The notes beneath the pieces are model-generated. The model searched no databases, had not been told where the DNA came from, and saw nothing but the letters and a program-made list of their open reading frames with translations. 64,000 nucleotides of DNA from an uncultured delta proteobacterium (GTDB lineage Bacteria > Desulfobacterota > Binatia > UBA9968), in NCBI GenBank assembly GCA_963728565.1, contig CAVSLC010000001.1, positions 64,001-128,000 of the forward strand, written 5' to 3'. The position numbers and the translations under genes are program-made. Shown piece after piece: positions 38,520-49,773 of this stretch (positions within the stretch are counted from its first letter, which is position 1; every line of letters starts with the position of its first letter).

Positions 38520-38867
38520 TTAGTCTTTTTGTGGCTCATTCTTCTGAGACAGCTGTCGTTTCCACCCCAGCGTTCGCGCTTGGGCAGCAATATGCTCGGC
38601 CTCCGCGATCATTCCTTTTTGTTGATAGAATATGGAGAGACTGGTGTGAGCTAGTTCGTCATCTGGCGCGACTTCGACGAGCTTCTTGCCGATCTCGATG
38701 GCTTCGTCTAGTTTCTCCTGATGCGAGTAGGTCATCGCTAGCGCATGCAACGCATCCGTGTAACTGGCATCTTCGTCAAGAGCCTGCTGAAACGCGGCAA
38801 TCGCGTCATCGAACTTGTCCTCCGCAAACAGTTCCATGCCCCTGTTGTAAATATCTTCTTTGCTCAT
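38520..38867 (-). CDS. Tetratricopeptide repeat protein
   Basis: YNRG..F..AIAAFQQAL, DEAIEIGKKLVEVAPDD TPR units. Confidence 0.9.
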   Translation of the reverse strand: MSKEDIYNRGMELFAEDKFDDAIAAFQQALDEDASYTDALHALAMTYSHQEKLDEAIEIGKKLVEVAPDDELAHTSLSIFYQQKGMIAEAEHIAAQARTLGWKRQLSQKNEPQKD

Positions 38868-38875
38868 GACTGGGC

Positions 38876-40031
38876 TTAGATGTTTTTGGAACCGGTTGGA
38901 GGCGTTGTTTGAGGCGAAGAACCTGTCGGAGGCTGTGGGTGGACCTGTTCAGGTCTACATTGCTGGAGCAGCGCCTTTTTAAGCAATGCGGGGTTCACAG
39001 GTTTCTTGAAAATTACCCCCTGCAATCCTTCAAGGCAACTTCGTTTGATAATATGATCCTTATCGTAATTGAAAGCCGTCATTAAAATCACCGGCAGATT
39101 CGGCGCGCTTTTCTTGACGTATTGATAGAGCTGGTATCCATCAATATCGGGCATGACAACGTCGCTTAGAACTAAATCAAACCCGCCGCGCTCGAGCCAC
39201 TGCATTGCGTAAACACCCGATGCAGCGGTTTCCACCTGGCAGTCTTCTGCCTCCAGGAGGTCTCTCAAAGACTGGCAAATTCCCGCATCATCATCGACGA
39301 TCAAGATCTTGAGCCCGCGCAGTGGATATCGCTCGTCTGGTTTTGGCCGCTCACAATCCTTTGCCGTCCGGCCCGGTGCGCAGATCCGTCATCATCTTGC
39401 CGGACAGATATTCTTTAGTTCCGTACTCGCCCTCGTCGGCCATTTGGCTAATTCGCGCGGTGATGTCCTGGATCCTTTTCACCTGAGACGCGACAGAAAC
39501 TAAACGGTCCGATTCGACAATATAATCTTCGTCAGTAGCAACTCGTTCAACGTACTTTTGCAGAAGTTCTACCTGGTTGACCAGCACTTCCAACGAGTTG
39601 TTGACTTCGTGCGACACGCCAATAGCGATCTCGGCCAACGTGACGAGTTGATCACGGCGCCGGATGTCCCGTAAATCTTTGGCAAAACCGATGGAGCCGA
39701 TTTCCTGGTTATTTTCGTCGTAGATGATGGACGCGGAGATCGCAACAGGAATACAGTCGCCTTTTTTTGTTTTGAATGTCGTTTCGAAACTTCTGATTCT
39801 GCCTGGCCCTTCGCCCGCGCTGGCTCGCATCGCAGCCATTACCCGGCGCGCCTCATTCAATGTCGGGTAGATCTCCAAAACGCTTTTGCCCAGCACTTCT
39901 TCATGCGAAAAGCCCAGGTTTTGCCGGGCCCCATCATTGTAGAACGTGATGACGCCGTGTTTGTCTACGGAGATGATGATATCAGGACAACTCTCGACGA
40001 GCTTCTGGAAATATTGTACAGGTAGGGGCAT
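38876..40031 (-). CDS. PAS-HisKA(DHp)-receiver protein lacking an ATPase domain (probable frameshift near 39360)
   Basis: PAS, then SHEVNNSL H-box; receiver frame (LKILIVDDD, LSDVVMP, MTA, KKPV) stays open upstream into the junction and has no ATG of its own. Confidence 0.75.
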
Positions 40032-40143
40032 ACTGACGCCGGTCGAATAGCTCTATGATAGGTCGAACGCCGACGTCATTGCAAGAGCCCTAACTCATCA
40101 TTTGCCCAAATCCCAAACTTAAATCGTAAAAGCAACTTGTCTA

Positions 40144-41982
40144 ATGCAGCAGACCAAAGATACCAGGCAACTCACCTGGCTTCTCGCCTGGGCCGTCGTG
40201 TTCTGCGACATCGGCACCTCGGTCTACTATGTGCCGGGAATCCTCTACGGCAACGTCGGCGATGACACGCCCTTCTTTGTCTTACTGACTACCATCGGCT
40301 TCATCCCGCTGGCGCTGAAATATATCGAGATAAGCTGGCGCAATCCGGAAGGCGGCGGCGTGGTGTCCATCACAACCAAAGCTTTGGGACCGATGTGGGG
40401 CTGTCTGGGCGGCATGTTGATCACCACCAGTTATTTTCTAACAGCTGCTATTTCCGCGGTTTCTGGATTTCACTACATCGGCAGCGTAGTTCACTTAATC
40501 GACGCCAATATCGTTCTGTTTGCATGCATCGGTCTGTTGGCCTTGGCTCTTTTGAATATAGTGGGAATTCGCGAAAGCGCCACCGTGGCGCTGGTGATGG
40601 CCGTAGCGGCGCTTGCGGTCGATCTTATCGTGAGCGCGATATCGTTGTGGCAGTTTTCGCCTGCCCAGTGGTGGCAAGCGCTGCGCAGCTTTGCGCCGGG
40701 ACGGACCCTATCGCTTAGAGAACTTCTAGTCGGGTTTGGCGCGGCTTGGCTGGCGTTCTCGGGTTTGGAAAGCATCAGCCAGCTTAGCCCGAACATGCGC
40801 TTTCCGCTCAGGCGCACTGCGAAATGGGCGATGATGGGAGTTATCATTACGACCGTGATCACTTCGCCCCTGCTCACGCTGCTTTCGATCAATTTGCTCC
40901 CAGCCGAGATTAAGGCTACCGAGAGCGAACGATTTATTTCTGAAGTTGCCCTGGTCTCGGGCGGCTTTGGCCTTAGCCTCGCCGTCGTTCTCAGCGCATC
41001 GACGTTGCTCTTGTTTGCGGCCAATACAGCCATCATCGGCGCCTACCATATTTTCCTGGCGCTGACTAATCTTGGCTTCCTGCCGCGCGCCGTCGCGCTG
41101 CGAAGCGCTACTTTTCGTAGTCCTCATATCGCTATCGCCATTGCCACCATTGTCCCCATCGTGGTCATTCTCGCAACCCAGGGGGAGATGGCCCTATTGG
41201 GTGAAATGTATGCGTTCGGACTGCTCGGCGCATTCGTCTTTTCATCTCTCAGCCTTGATGTCATTCGCTGGCGACTAGGGCGGCGCGACCTTGGCTTCTG
41301 GGTCGGAGTACTAACCACGGCGGTAATCCTAATTGCGTGGTGTATCAATCTCGTCGAAAAAGAACTGGCCACCCTATTTGGCGGAGTCTTAACCGCAGTG
41401 GGTATGAGCGTGGCTGTAGGCGTTCGCCGCGCCTGGTTTTTGGATCTGCTTCATAAAGTTCCATGGATCGAGCGCCTTCAGGCGCGCGCCTATATGGCAT
41501 CAGAAGCTCTGGTGGATGAAGAGTTAAGAGGCCTGGTGACTTTAGCCGACGCTGTTGAGCTTAAAGATCTTTATCCGTCGTCAACGCTGCTGGCAGTTCG
41601 GGGAGAAAACCCGCGGCTCGTTCAGGAAGGCATTCGGCGTGCCAAAGGCATGGGCGAAACCGCTCTGTATTGCGTGTACGTGGAGGAATGGCCGGGTCTC
41701 TTCGCCGGCGATACGCCGCACCGGCCCAGTGACGAAGGAGTGATTACCTTACGTTCCGCCCTGCAGGAGATTCGCGGCAAAGGCCTCGAAGCTATCCCTA
41801 TCTGGACGGTTTCTTACAATGCCGCCGAAGCCATAGCCAACGCGGCCAAGGCGCTCGACGTCGATGCTGTCGTTATTGGCGCGTCTCAGCGCTCGGCTTT
41901 TTATCACATGCTGCGCGGTCACGTAGTGAAAGGGCTGATGAAAAAGCTGCCACATGATTGTCATTTGATGATTGTCAACTAG
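40144..41982 (+). CDS. APC family permease with C-terminal universal-stress-like domain
   Basis: CDIGTSVYY, EGGG, FSGLESISQ, about 12 TM helices; C-terminal VDAVVIGASQR..LRGHVVKGLM USP-like motif. Confidence 0.9.
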   Translation: MQQTKDTRQLTWLLAWAVVFCDIGTSVYYVPGILYGNVGDDTPFFVLLTTIGFIPLALKYIEISWRNPEGGGVVSITTKALGPMWGCLGGMLITTSYFLTAAISAVSGFHYIGSVVHLIDANIVLFACIGLLALALLNIVGIRESATVALVMAVAALAVDLIVSAISLWQFSPAQWWQALRSFAPGRTLSLRELLVGFGAAWLAFSGLESISQLSPNMRFPLRRTAKWAMMGVIITTVITSPLLTLLSINLLPAEIKATESERFISEVALVSGGFGLSLAVVLSASTLLLFAANTAIIGAYHIFLALTNLGFLPRAVALRSATFRSPHIAIAIATIVPIVVILATQGEMALLGEMYAFGLLGAFVFSSLSLDVIRWRLGRRDLGFWVGVLTTAVILIAWCINLVEKELATLFGGVLTAVGMSVAVGVRRAWFLDLLHKVPWIERLQARAYMASEALVDEELRGLVTLADAVELKDLYPSSTLLAVRGENPRLVQEGIRRAKGMGETALYCVYVEEWPGLFAGDTPHRPSDEGVITLRSALQEIRGKGLEAIPIWTVSYNAAEAIANAAKALDVDAVVIGASQRSAFYHMLRGHVVKGLMKKLPHDCHLMIVN

Positions 41983-42703
41983 GCTCCGCTACGGCCATCT
42001 CTTCGCTCGCTCGAGCCGAGCTTTCGATCAGACGATGCGATTCTTCGATGCCGAGGTAACGATCAATCATCGAATGACCTAGATACAGTAACGGGGTGAC
42101 TGCGATGGCGATCATCATCTTGTAAGAATAGTTAGTCCCCGCAACGATAAAAAATTCTTCGGTTTTGACCTTGCCGGGCAGCCAAAACGCGATCCCAATG
42201 ATGACGATGCTGTCGATGAGTTGCGAAACCAGAGTTGAGCCCGTCGCTCGCAGCCAGAGATGTTTGCCGCCCGTTCTGTGTCGCACCAGCCAGAATACGC
42301 CGACGTCGACCAATTGACTTATACCAAACGCAATAATGCTGCCGACGATAATCCAAAGAGACTGACCGAAAACCGCCCGAAACTGCGTGTCGTTAACCGG
42401 TGAAAAAGATGCCGCGGGAACCTGAATCGAAAGGTAGAGAATCACAAAGGCATAGGCAATCAGGCAAATTGTCGTCAATGTGAGCCTGCGAACTCCGTCG
42501 CGGCCGAAGTATTCATTGATCAGATCCGTCGTGATAAACACCACCGGCCAGGGAATCACGCCGATGCTCATAGTAAAGGGACCTAGAGTAAAGAGCTTAC
42601 CGCCGGTGAGTTCACCGAGAATGGCATTGGTTACGAAAAATCCGGCGAGAGCGAGATAGAGAATATCTCTTCTGTTCGCCACATCCACAACGGCTCTGTT
42701 CAC
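41975..42703 (-). CDS. yhhQ: Queuosine precursor transporter (YhhQ/Vut_1 family)
   Basis: PVVFITTDLINEYFG, SQLVDV, LWLRATGSTLVSQLIDS motifs; close to queA-tgt. Confidence 0.88.
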   Translation of the reverse strand: MNRAVVDVANRRDILYLALAGFFVTNAILGELTGGKLFTLGPFTMSIGVIPWPVVFITTDLINEYFGRDGVRRLTLTTICLIAYAFVILYLSIQVPAASFSPVNDTQFRAVFGQSLWIIVGSIIAFGISQLVDVGVFWLVRHRTGGKHLWLRATGSTLVSQLIDSIVIIGIAFWLPGKVKTEEFFIVAGTNYSYKMMIAIAVTPLLYLGHSMIDRYLGIEESHRLIESSARASEEMAVAEPS

Positions 42704-42793
42704 GATTTCCTCAAACTGCGCGATCTATCCGGATCTCGCATTGAATAAGCCCTGGCGCAATTAAGCTCACGATTCGACCGCTGAAAGACACAT

Positions 42794-43822
42794 TTACTTC
42801 ATGCCCAAGTTCTTCAAAAAACCTGACTTCGCCAGCGAATCGACAAAAGAGTTATCAAAGAAATCTTTAGGATCGGCGTTCTTTGCGCTGGGAAATTCCT
42901 TGTCGTCAAGATATTCGAACTGAGCTCGGATCGCCTCCGGCCGTACGGCAAGACTCATCGCCCAATAAGGCGCGAAGGCCTCGTAAGTACCGTCGACGGT
43001 CGCCGGATCTTCGATTTTTCCGTATTTGCTAATAGCCTTTTTAGCGATTGCGGGATCTTTTCTTGACGTTACCACGCCTTCGGCGATCGCTTTTAAGAAT
43101 GCGTAAACCGTGTTGGGGTTGTTCTTTAAATATTTTTCCGTCGTGCCATACGCGACTTGGAACGCTGGAATGTTGAGCTTTCCGACGTCGACCAAAAGAT
43201 TGAGCCCCGCTTCTTTCGCTTTGAGCGTGTTGGGCGCGGACAAGGTTCCGGCAGAAGTCTTGCCGCCGAGGACCGAGCTAAGAATCGCCGGAACGCTCTG
43301 CACGTAGAGAATTTGCACATCTTTGTCCGGCGTCAAGCCGTTTTTCTTCAAGGCTTCACGAGTAGCGGTATCCAATGCCGCCCTCGGTGTGCTCGCCGCA
43401 ATGGTTTTTCCCTTCAGATCTTTGAATGACTTGATCTCCTTCGCTCCCCAGATCTGAAACACCAACTGCTGCATCGTGCCGCCGAAATATTTCACCTGAC
43501 CACCCCGCAATCGGGCATTGATCAAGTCCGGGCCATCGGTATAGAAGTCCGCCTCTTCTGATATCACCGCCTGCGCCGAGACTTGCGGCGTCAGGAGTTG
43601 CAGGCTGGCATTCAATCCATATTTTTTAAACAGTCCCGCTTCGTAGGCGACCCAAATTGGCGTAAAAGCGCCGCTGGGCTGAGCATAGGTAACGACGACA
43701 TCCGTTTTTTCCGGCTTAGCTCCGAGTTCCGCGCCAAACGTTCGGCCCGACGCGACGCTCAACATTAACGCAAATAGAACAGACCATCTCGGAGTTTTTT
43801 TTAGTATGCCGTGCCTATCCAT
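42794..43822 (-). CDS. NitT/TauT family ABC substrate-binding protein
   Basis: PIWVAYEAGLFKKYGL, DLKGKTIA, FFDNSFV; start ATG 43822 with GAGGAG RBS. Confidence 0.9.
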   Translation of the reverse strand: MDRHGILKKTPRWSVLFALMLSVASGRTFGAELGAKPEKTDVVVTYAQPSGAFTPIWVAYEAGLFKKYGLNASLQLLTPQVSAQAVISEEADFYTDGPDLINARLRGGQVKYFGGTMQQLVFQIWGAKEIKSFKDLKGKTIAASTPRAALDTATREALKKNGLTPDKDVQILYVQSVPAILSSVLGGKTSAGTLSAPNTLKAKEAGLNLLVDVGKLNIPAFQVAYGTTEKYLKNNPNTVYAFLKAIAEGVVTSRKDPAIAKKAISKYGKIEDPATVDGTYEAFAPYWAMSLAVRPEAIRAQFEYLDDKEFPSAKNADPKDFFDNSFVDSLAKSGFLKNLGMK

Positions 43823-43847
43823 AATAGCTCCTCGCCTACTTTCACAA

Positions 43848-45599
43848 TTACACTTGCGCAGAAGTAACGCTGGCCATCCTCGAGTCCAAGACTTTGAGTT
43901 CAACGGTCGAGTTTCCATTCCATACATTCTCACTCAGTCGGTAAACTAGGTCGACCATCGCACCAGGCCGCGCCGCAAAGTCTTCTTTTACGCCAAAGGC
44001 AACGCCGCTGACAAACCGCCCTGCCTGGCGAAAGCGAAAGCGTGCTCCCAACGAGAAGTCCTTCCGCTCACAGACTTCGATTCCTTGGCTTAAAAAAATC
44101 GGTTCAGGATTGCCCACGCCGAACGGTTTCAAAACATCGATCTCGCGCAAGAGTGGATGGCCGATTTCGGCAAAATTGAGCTGAGCATCGATTTCCAAGA
44201 ACGGCACCAGAGCTTCGTCTGACAGGACAGCGCGCGCCGCTTCGTCGAAAGCCTCGATGAAGCTCGAAAGATTCTCCTCTTTGATCGTCAGGCCGCCGGC
44301 ATACTCATGACCGCCGAATTTTTCCAGGAGATAGCCGCAGCGACGAAGTCCCTCCACCATATGAAAGCCGCGGATGCTGCGCGCCGATCCCTTGCCTTCG
44401 CCTTCCTGAAAACCCAGCACTATGGTTGGACGATGAAATCTCTCCACCACCCGGGAGGCGACAATGCCGAGCACACCAGGGTGCCAGCCTTCGCCGCTCA
44501 ATACTAATGAATATCGCCTGCGCTCAATGACTTTCCCGGCCTGTTCCAGGGCAGTTTGCAGCACCTCCGCCTCCATCGCCCTTCGCTCGCGATTATGCGA
44601 GTCAAGCTCCTGAGCGATTCGCAGCGCCACTTCGGGCGATTCTGTCGTGAGCAGTTCGATGACTTTGATGGCGGCGTCCATCCGTCCGGCGGCGTTGATA
44701 CGCGGTCCCAACTGAAAACCTACCTGCCCGGCAGTGACATCGCCCGGAGCGAATCCGGCGATTTGCTTCAACGCGACAACCCCCGGCCGCGTCGAAGAGC
44801 CGAGCGCTGTCAAACCGCGCTTGACCAGAGTACGATTGACGCCCTTGAGCGGCACCATATCGGCAATAGTTCCCAATGCGACGATATCGAGATGACGACG
44901 AAGGTCGGGATCACCGCAAGCGCGGAACCAGCCTGCGTCACGGAGCCGGGCCCGCAGCGCGATCACCACATAGAAAGCTAAACCTGCGGCGCAAAGTCCT
45001 TTGTCGGGAAACGCACAGTCGCTGCGGTGTGGGTTGACCACCGCTATCGCTGGAGGAAGATGCTCAGGCGGTTGATGATGGTCGACGATAACGATATCGA
45101 CGCCAATTTCACGCGCAGCAGCCACTTCGTTGAAGTTTGAAATTCCCGAATCTACTGTCACCACCAGGCGAACGCCCCGATCTTTAAGTCGCCGCAGCCC
45201 TTCGATGTTGAGGCCGTAGCCTTCCTCAATCCGATGCGGAACATAGAAGATCGTTTCGACGCCGATCTCGCGCAGGAACGAGACGAGCACCGACGCGCCG
45301 GTGGTGCCGTCAACGTCGTAGTCGCCCCAGATGCTGATTGATTCCGATGCCTGAATGGCGCGAACAATCCGGTCCACCGCAGCATCCATGTCGACCATCA
45401 AGAACGGCGATGGCAGATCGGAACGGAGGCTGGAAGAAAGATAGCATTTAGCGGCTTCAATCGCGGTGAGATCGCGCAGCGCAATCACGCGAGCCAACAG
45501 CGCGGATAGCTTAAGCTCCTCACAACATCGATTGACGAAGGCTTGATCGGGTTGTCTAAGAATCCATCTTTTCCGGAGTTCCTCGTGCATAGTTGTCAT
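43848..45599 (-). CDS. recJ: Single-stranded-DNA exonuclease RecJ
   Basis: GDYDVDG, VDHH, GTIAD, PRINAAGR, GSARS, GGH motifs. Confidence 0.97.
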   Translation of the reverse strand: MTTMHEELRKRWILRQPDQAFVNRCCEELKLSALLARVIALRDLTAIEAAKCYLSSSLRSDLPSPFLMVDMDAAVDRIVRAIQASESISIWGDYDVDGTTGASVLVSFLREIGVETIFYVPHRIEEGYGLNIEGLRRLKDRGVRLVVTVDSGISNFNEVAAAREIGVDIVIVDHHQPPEHLPPAIAVVNPHRSDCAFPDKGLCAAGLAFYVVIALRARLRDAGWFRACGDPDLRRHLDIVALGTIADMVPLKGVNRTLVKRGLTALGSSTRPGVVALKQIAGFAPGDVTAGQVGFQLGPRINAAGRMDAAIKVIELLTTESPEVALRIAQELDSHNRERRAMEAEVLQTALEQAGKVIERRRYSLVLSGEGWHPGVLGIVASRVVERFHRPTIVLGFQEGEGKGSARSIRGFHMVEGLRRCGYLLEKFGGHEYAGGLTIKEENLSSFIEAFDEAARAVLSDEALVPFLEIDAQLNFAEIGHPLLREIDVLKPFGVGNPEPIFLSQGIEVCERKDFSLGARFRFRQAGRFVSGVAFGVKEDFAARPGAMVDLVYRLSENVWNGNSTVELKVLDSRMASVTSAQV

Positions 45600-45702
45600 G
45601 AAGCAAAGGTTAGGAGAGAAATGGACAGCGGTCGGCTGGCCTCAGTATTCAACGGGCAGTTGAACCATTGGAGCTTCTGGTATCGATTGTCCTATGACCA
45701 GA

Positions 45703-46605
45703 TTATTTTTTCACCGGCTTCTTCTTCCACATTAAGATCACCGGACTGGCAATGAAGATCGTCGAATAAACACCGGAGATAAAGCCCACCAAGAGAGTGA
45801 AAGCGAACGGGCGGATTACCGCGCCACCCAAAAGGTAAAGCGAAACAAGCACAAGAAGAGCTGTCCCCGTGGTCAGAATAGTTCGGCTGAGAGTTTCATT
45901 GATGCTTGTGTTGATGATCCCCTCGAGGGTTTCCCGCTTGATCTTGCGCATGTTTTCTCGGATACGATCGCAGATCACCACCGTGTCATTGACGGAAAAT
46001 CCGACGATCGTCAGCAGCGCCGCGATGATGGTCAGGTCAAATTCGTAATTGGCTAACATGAGAGCGCCTACCGCGACGAGAACGTCATGCACCAGAGCAA
46101 TCACGGCGCCAATACCGAATCGAAAATCGAAGCGAAACCAGATGTAGACGCCCATCATGATCGTCGCGACGATGACGGATAAGGCGCCGCGTTGGCGCAG
46201 ATCTTGGCCGATTTTCGGACCCACGGATTCGATTCGACGCACCTCGAATTGGTCAGCGCCGAACTGATCGGTTAAAACTTTTTTGATCTGCTCACCGAGC
46301 ACGCCGATCTCAACCGAGGTCTGGTCCAGGCGAACAAGGTACTCGTTCGATCCGGGTTGACCAAAATCTTGTATAACGCTTCCACCGAGATCCATGTTTT
46401 CGAATGCCTGACGAACGTCCGGGATGGTCACGTTTTGCTGAAACTTGAGGTGCACCATCGTACCACCCGCAAAGTCGACCCCTAAATGAGGACCCTTCAC
46501 AAACAGCATGATCAAAACGGCAAGGTTCACGATCGTCGAGATGATAATCGCAATCTTACGATAGCGGGTAAATGGAATCTTTAACCCAGGTCTGATGAGC
46601 TCCAT
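45703..46605 (-). CDS. secF: Protein translocase subunit SecF
   Basis: GVDFAGG, VGPKIG, LVHDV, GFSVNDTVVICDRIRE. Confidence 0.97.
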   Translation of the reverse strand: MELIRPGLKIPFTRYRKIAIIISTIVNLAVLIMLFVKGPHLGVDFAGGTMVHLKFQQNVTIPDVRQAFENMDLGGSVIQDFGQPGSNEYLVRLDQTSVEIGVLGEQIKKVLTDQFGADQFEVRRIESVGPKIGQDLRQRGALSVIVATIMMGVYIWFRFDFRFGIGAVIALVHDVLVAVGALMLANYEFDLTIIAALLTIVGFSVNDTVVICDRIRENMRKIKRETLEGIINTSINETLSRTILTTGTALLVLVSLYLLGGAVIRPFAFTLLVGFISGVYSTIFIASPVILMWKKKPVKK

Positions 46606-46611
46606 ACTTCC

Positions 46612-48213
46612 TCAAATGCTGACCCGCGCGAGCCTGCGAGAATCCGCGCGGTAATCGTAATAAATCCGGGTCAGGTAAACCGCGGTGATTACTGTGGTGA
46701 GAATCCCGACGCAAAGTGTAACGGCAAAGCCTTTGATGGGGCCGGTGCCGAATTGAAACAAGATCACGCCGGAAAGGAAAGTCGTAACGTTGGAATCCAG
46801 GATAGCCGGGAGCGCATTCTGGTAGCCTGCCTCGACAGCCGAACGCGGCGCGCGTCCGGCTCGAAGCTCCTCGCGGATGCGTTCATTGATCAAAACGTTG
46901 GCGTCCACGGCCATGCCGACGGTGAGAACGATACCGGCGATGCCGGGTAGGGTTAAGACTGCTTGGAAGCCTGCCAGAATTGCAATCAGGAACAGGACAT
47001 TGAACAGCAACGCCACCACCGCGACCACGCCCGCGCCCTTGTAGTAGGCGATCATGAAAACAATCACCAAGGCGCCGCCAATGATGAAAGAATTGACCCC
47101 TTGTCGGATGGAGTCTTGGCCAAGGGATGGGCCCACCGTTCGTTCTTCGACAATCTCGACCGGAGCGGGAAGCGCGCCAGCGCGCAGGACGATCGCCAGA
47201 TCGCGCGCCTCTTTGATGTCGAAGCTGCCGGTAATCGAGGCTCTTCCGCCGCCGATTCGTTCCTGAATAACCGGCGCTGAGTAAACCCGGTTATCGAGAA
47301 CGATTGCCAAGCGCCGGCGAACATTGGCGCCGGTAATTTGTTCGAATAGGCGTGAGCCGCTGGCGTTCAAGATCAGTTCCACATAAGGTCCCTGCAGTTG
47401 AGTGCTCGGCCGCACCCGCGCATCAGCGATATATTCACCGGTCATGAGCGTACGTGATTCCACGACATAGGCTGTTCTGGGCGCGCCGCTGCCGCCCTCG
47501 CCTTTGTCACCGTAACCATAGAGAACCTGACGTCCCGGCGGGGGACCGGTGCGGATCGCGCTTTCGACATCGGCATTGTCATCGACTAATTTGAACTCGA
47601 GCAGAGCCGTCTTACCGATAATCTCCTTGGCCCGATCCGGGTCCTGAATTCCCGGCAGTTGGATGAGAAGATCCTGTTGTCCCTGACGTTGAATGATCGG
47701 CTCGCTGACGCCGAACTGATCGATTCGATTCCGTATAGTCTCGAGGGATTGATCAACCGCAAAGTCGCGCACCGCGCGCAGCTCTTCTTTGCTGAGGGTT
47801 AGGGAGAACTCAGTTGTGCCGGCTGTCGTCTGAGTATTGACCACGGCCAGATTAGGAAAATCTCCCTTCAGAACCCCGCGCACCCGTTCGACACTCTCTG
47901 CCGGCGCTCTTACCTGGAGTTGCGTTCCCTGAACACGCTCGACAGAAATATTGGAGATACCGCGTTCACGAAAAAGATTAAGGAGATCATTCCTGACCCG
48001 TTCGATGTTGTGCTCAACCGCTTTGTCAACTTGCACTTCCAGGACTAAATGAGTGCCGCCTTGCAAGTCCAATCCCAAATGGATCTTCTCCGAAGGCAGA
48101 ATACTGCTCCACCACGACGGCAAGGGATCAACGAAGTTCGGAAGCAGGTAAATGATCGCAGCCAGAGCCGCACCCGCAAACATAATGAAACGAGCCAAAA
48201 CACCCCGCCGCAT
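46612..48213 (-). CDS. secD: Protein translocase subunit SecD
   Basis: LGLDLQGG, RNRIDQFGVSEP, GMAVDANVLINERIREE. Confidence 0.97.
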   Translation of the reverse strand: MRRGVLARFIMFAGAALAAIIYLLPNFVDPLPSWWSSILPSEKIHLGLDLQGGTHLVLEVQVDKAVEHNIERVRNDLLNLFRERGISNISVERVQGTQLQVRAPAESVERVRGVLKGDFPNLAVVNTQTTAGTTEFSLTLSKEELRAVRDFAVDQSLETIRNRIDQFGVSEPIIQRQGQQDLLIQLPGIQDPDRAKEIIGKTALLEFKLVDDNADVESAIRTGPPPGRQVLYGYGDKGEGGSGAPRTAYVVESRTLMTGEYIADARVRPSTQLQGPYVELILNASGSRLFEQITGANVRRRLAIVLDNRVYSAPVIQERIGGGRASITGSFDIKEARDLAIVLRAGALPAPVEIVEERTVGPSLGQDSIRQGVNSFIIGGALVIVFMIAYYKGAGVVAVVALLFNVLFLIAILAGFQAVLTLPGIAGIVLTVGMAVDANVLINERIREELRAGRAPRSAVEAGYQNALPAILDSNVTTFLSGVILFQFGTGPIKGFAVTLCVGILTTVITAVYLTRIYYDYRADSRRLARVSI

Positions 48214-48215
48214 GG

Positions 48216-48551
48216 CTACTCCTTTGAATCCTTTGCCATCGTTTTTTCGCCCGTCAGTACGGCAGAAATTTGTGGCCGGTTGACGCGGATCCGCACGTTG
48301 GGTGCGATCTCCAGAGTGACGATGTTATCGGTCAGGGCCGTAACTTTACCGTAAATTCCTCCCGAGGTCATCACCTCGTCGTTCTTTTTGAGCTTGCTCA
48401 GCATCTGTTGATGCTCTTTAGACTTCTTCTGCTGCGGCCGAATCAGCAAGAAATAGAAAATGATGAAAACCAGCACCAGCGGCAAAAAGCTGATCAACTG
48501 GCTCGGACTGCCAACACCCGGAGCGGTTTGAGCAAATGCAATGTCGAACAT
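48216..48551 (-). CDS. yajC: Preprotein translocase subunit YajC
   Basis: FYFLLIRPQQKK, VMTSGGIYG; start ATG 48551 with GGAGG RBS. Confidence 0.96.
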   Translation of the reverse strand: MFDIAFAQTAPGVGSPSQLISFLPLVLVFIIFYFLLIRPQQKKSKEHQQMLSKLKKNDEVMTSGGIYGKVTALTDNIVTLEIAPNVRIRVNRPQISAVLTGEKTMAKDSKE

Positions 48552-48579
48552 AATTCCTCCTGTAACTTCTCCTCGCAGA

Positions 48580-49734
<1,155 letters not shown>

Positions 49735-49773
49735 TCAGCAAGAATCATCTAGCGCCGCCGCACCATCATGCTT

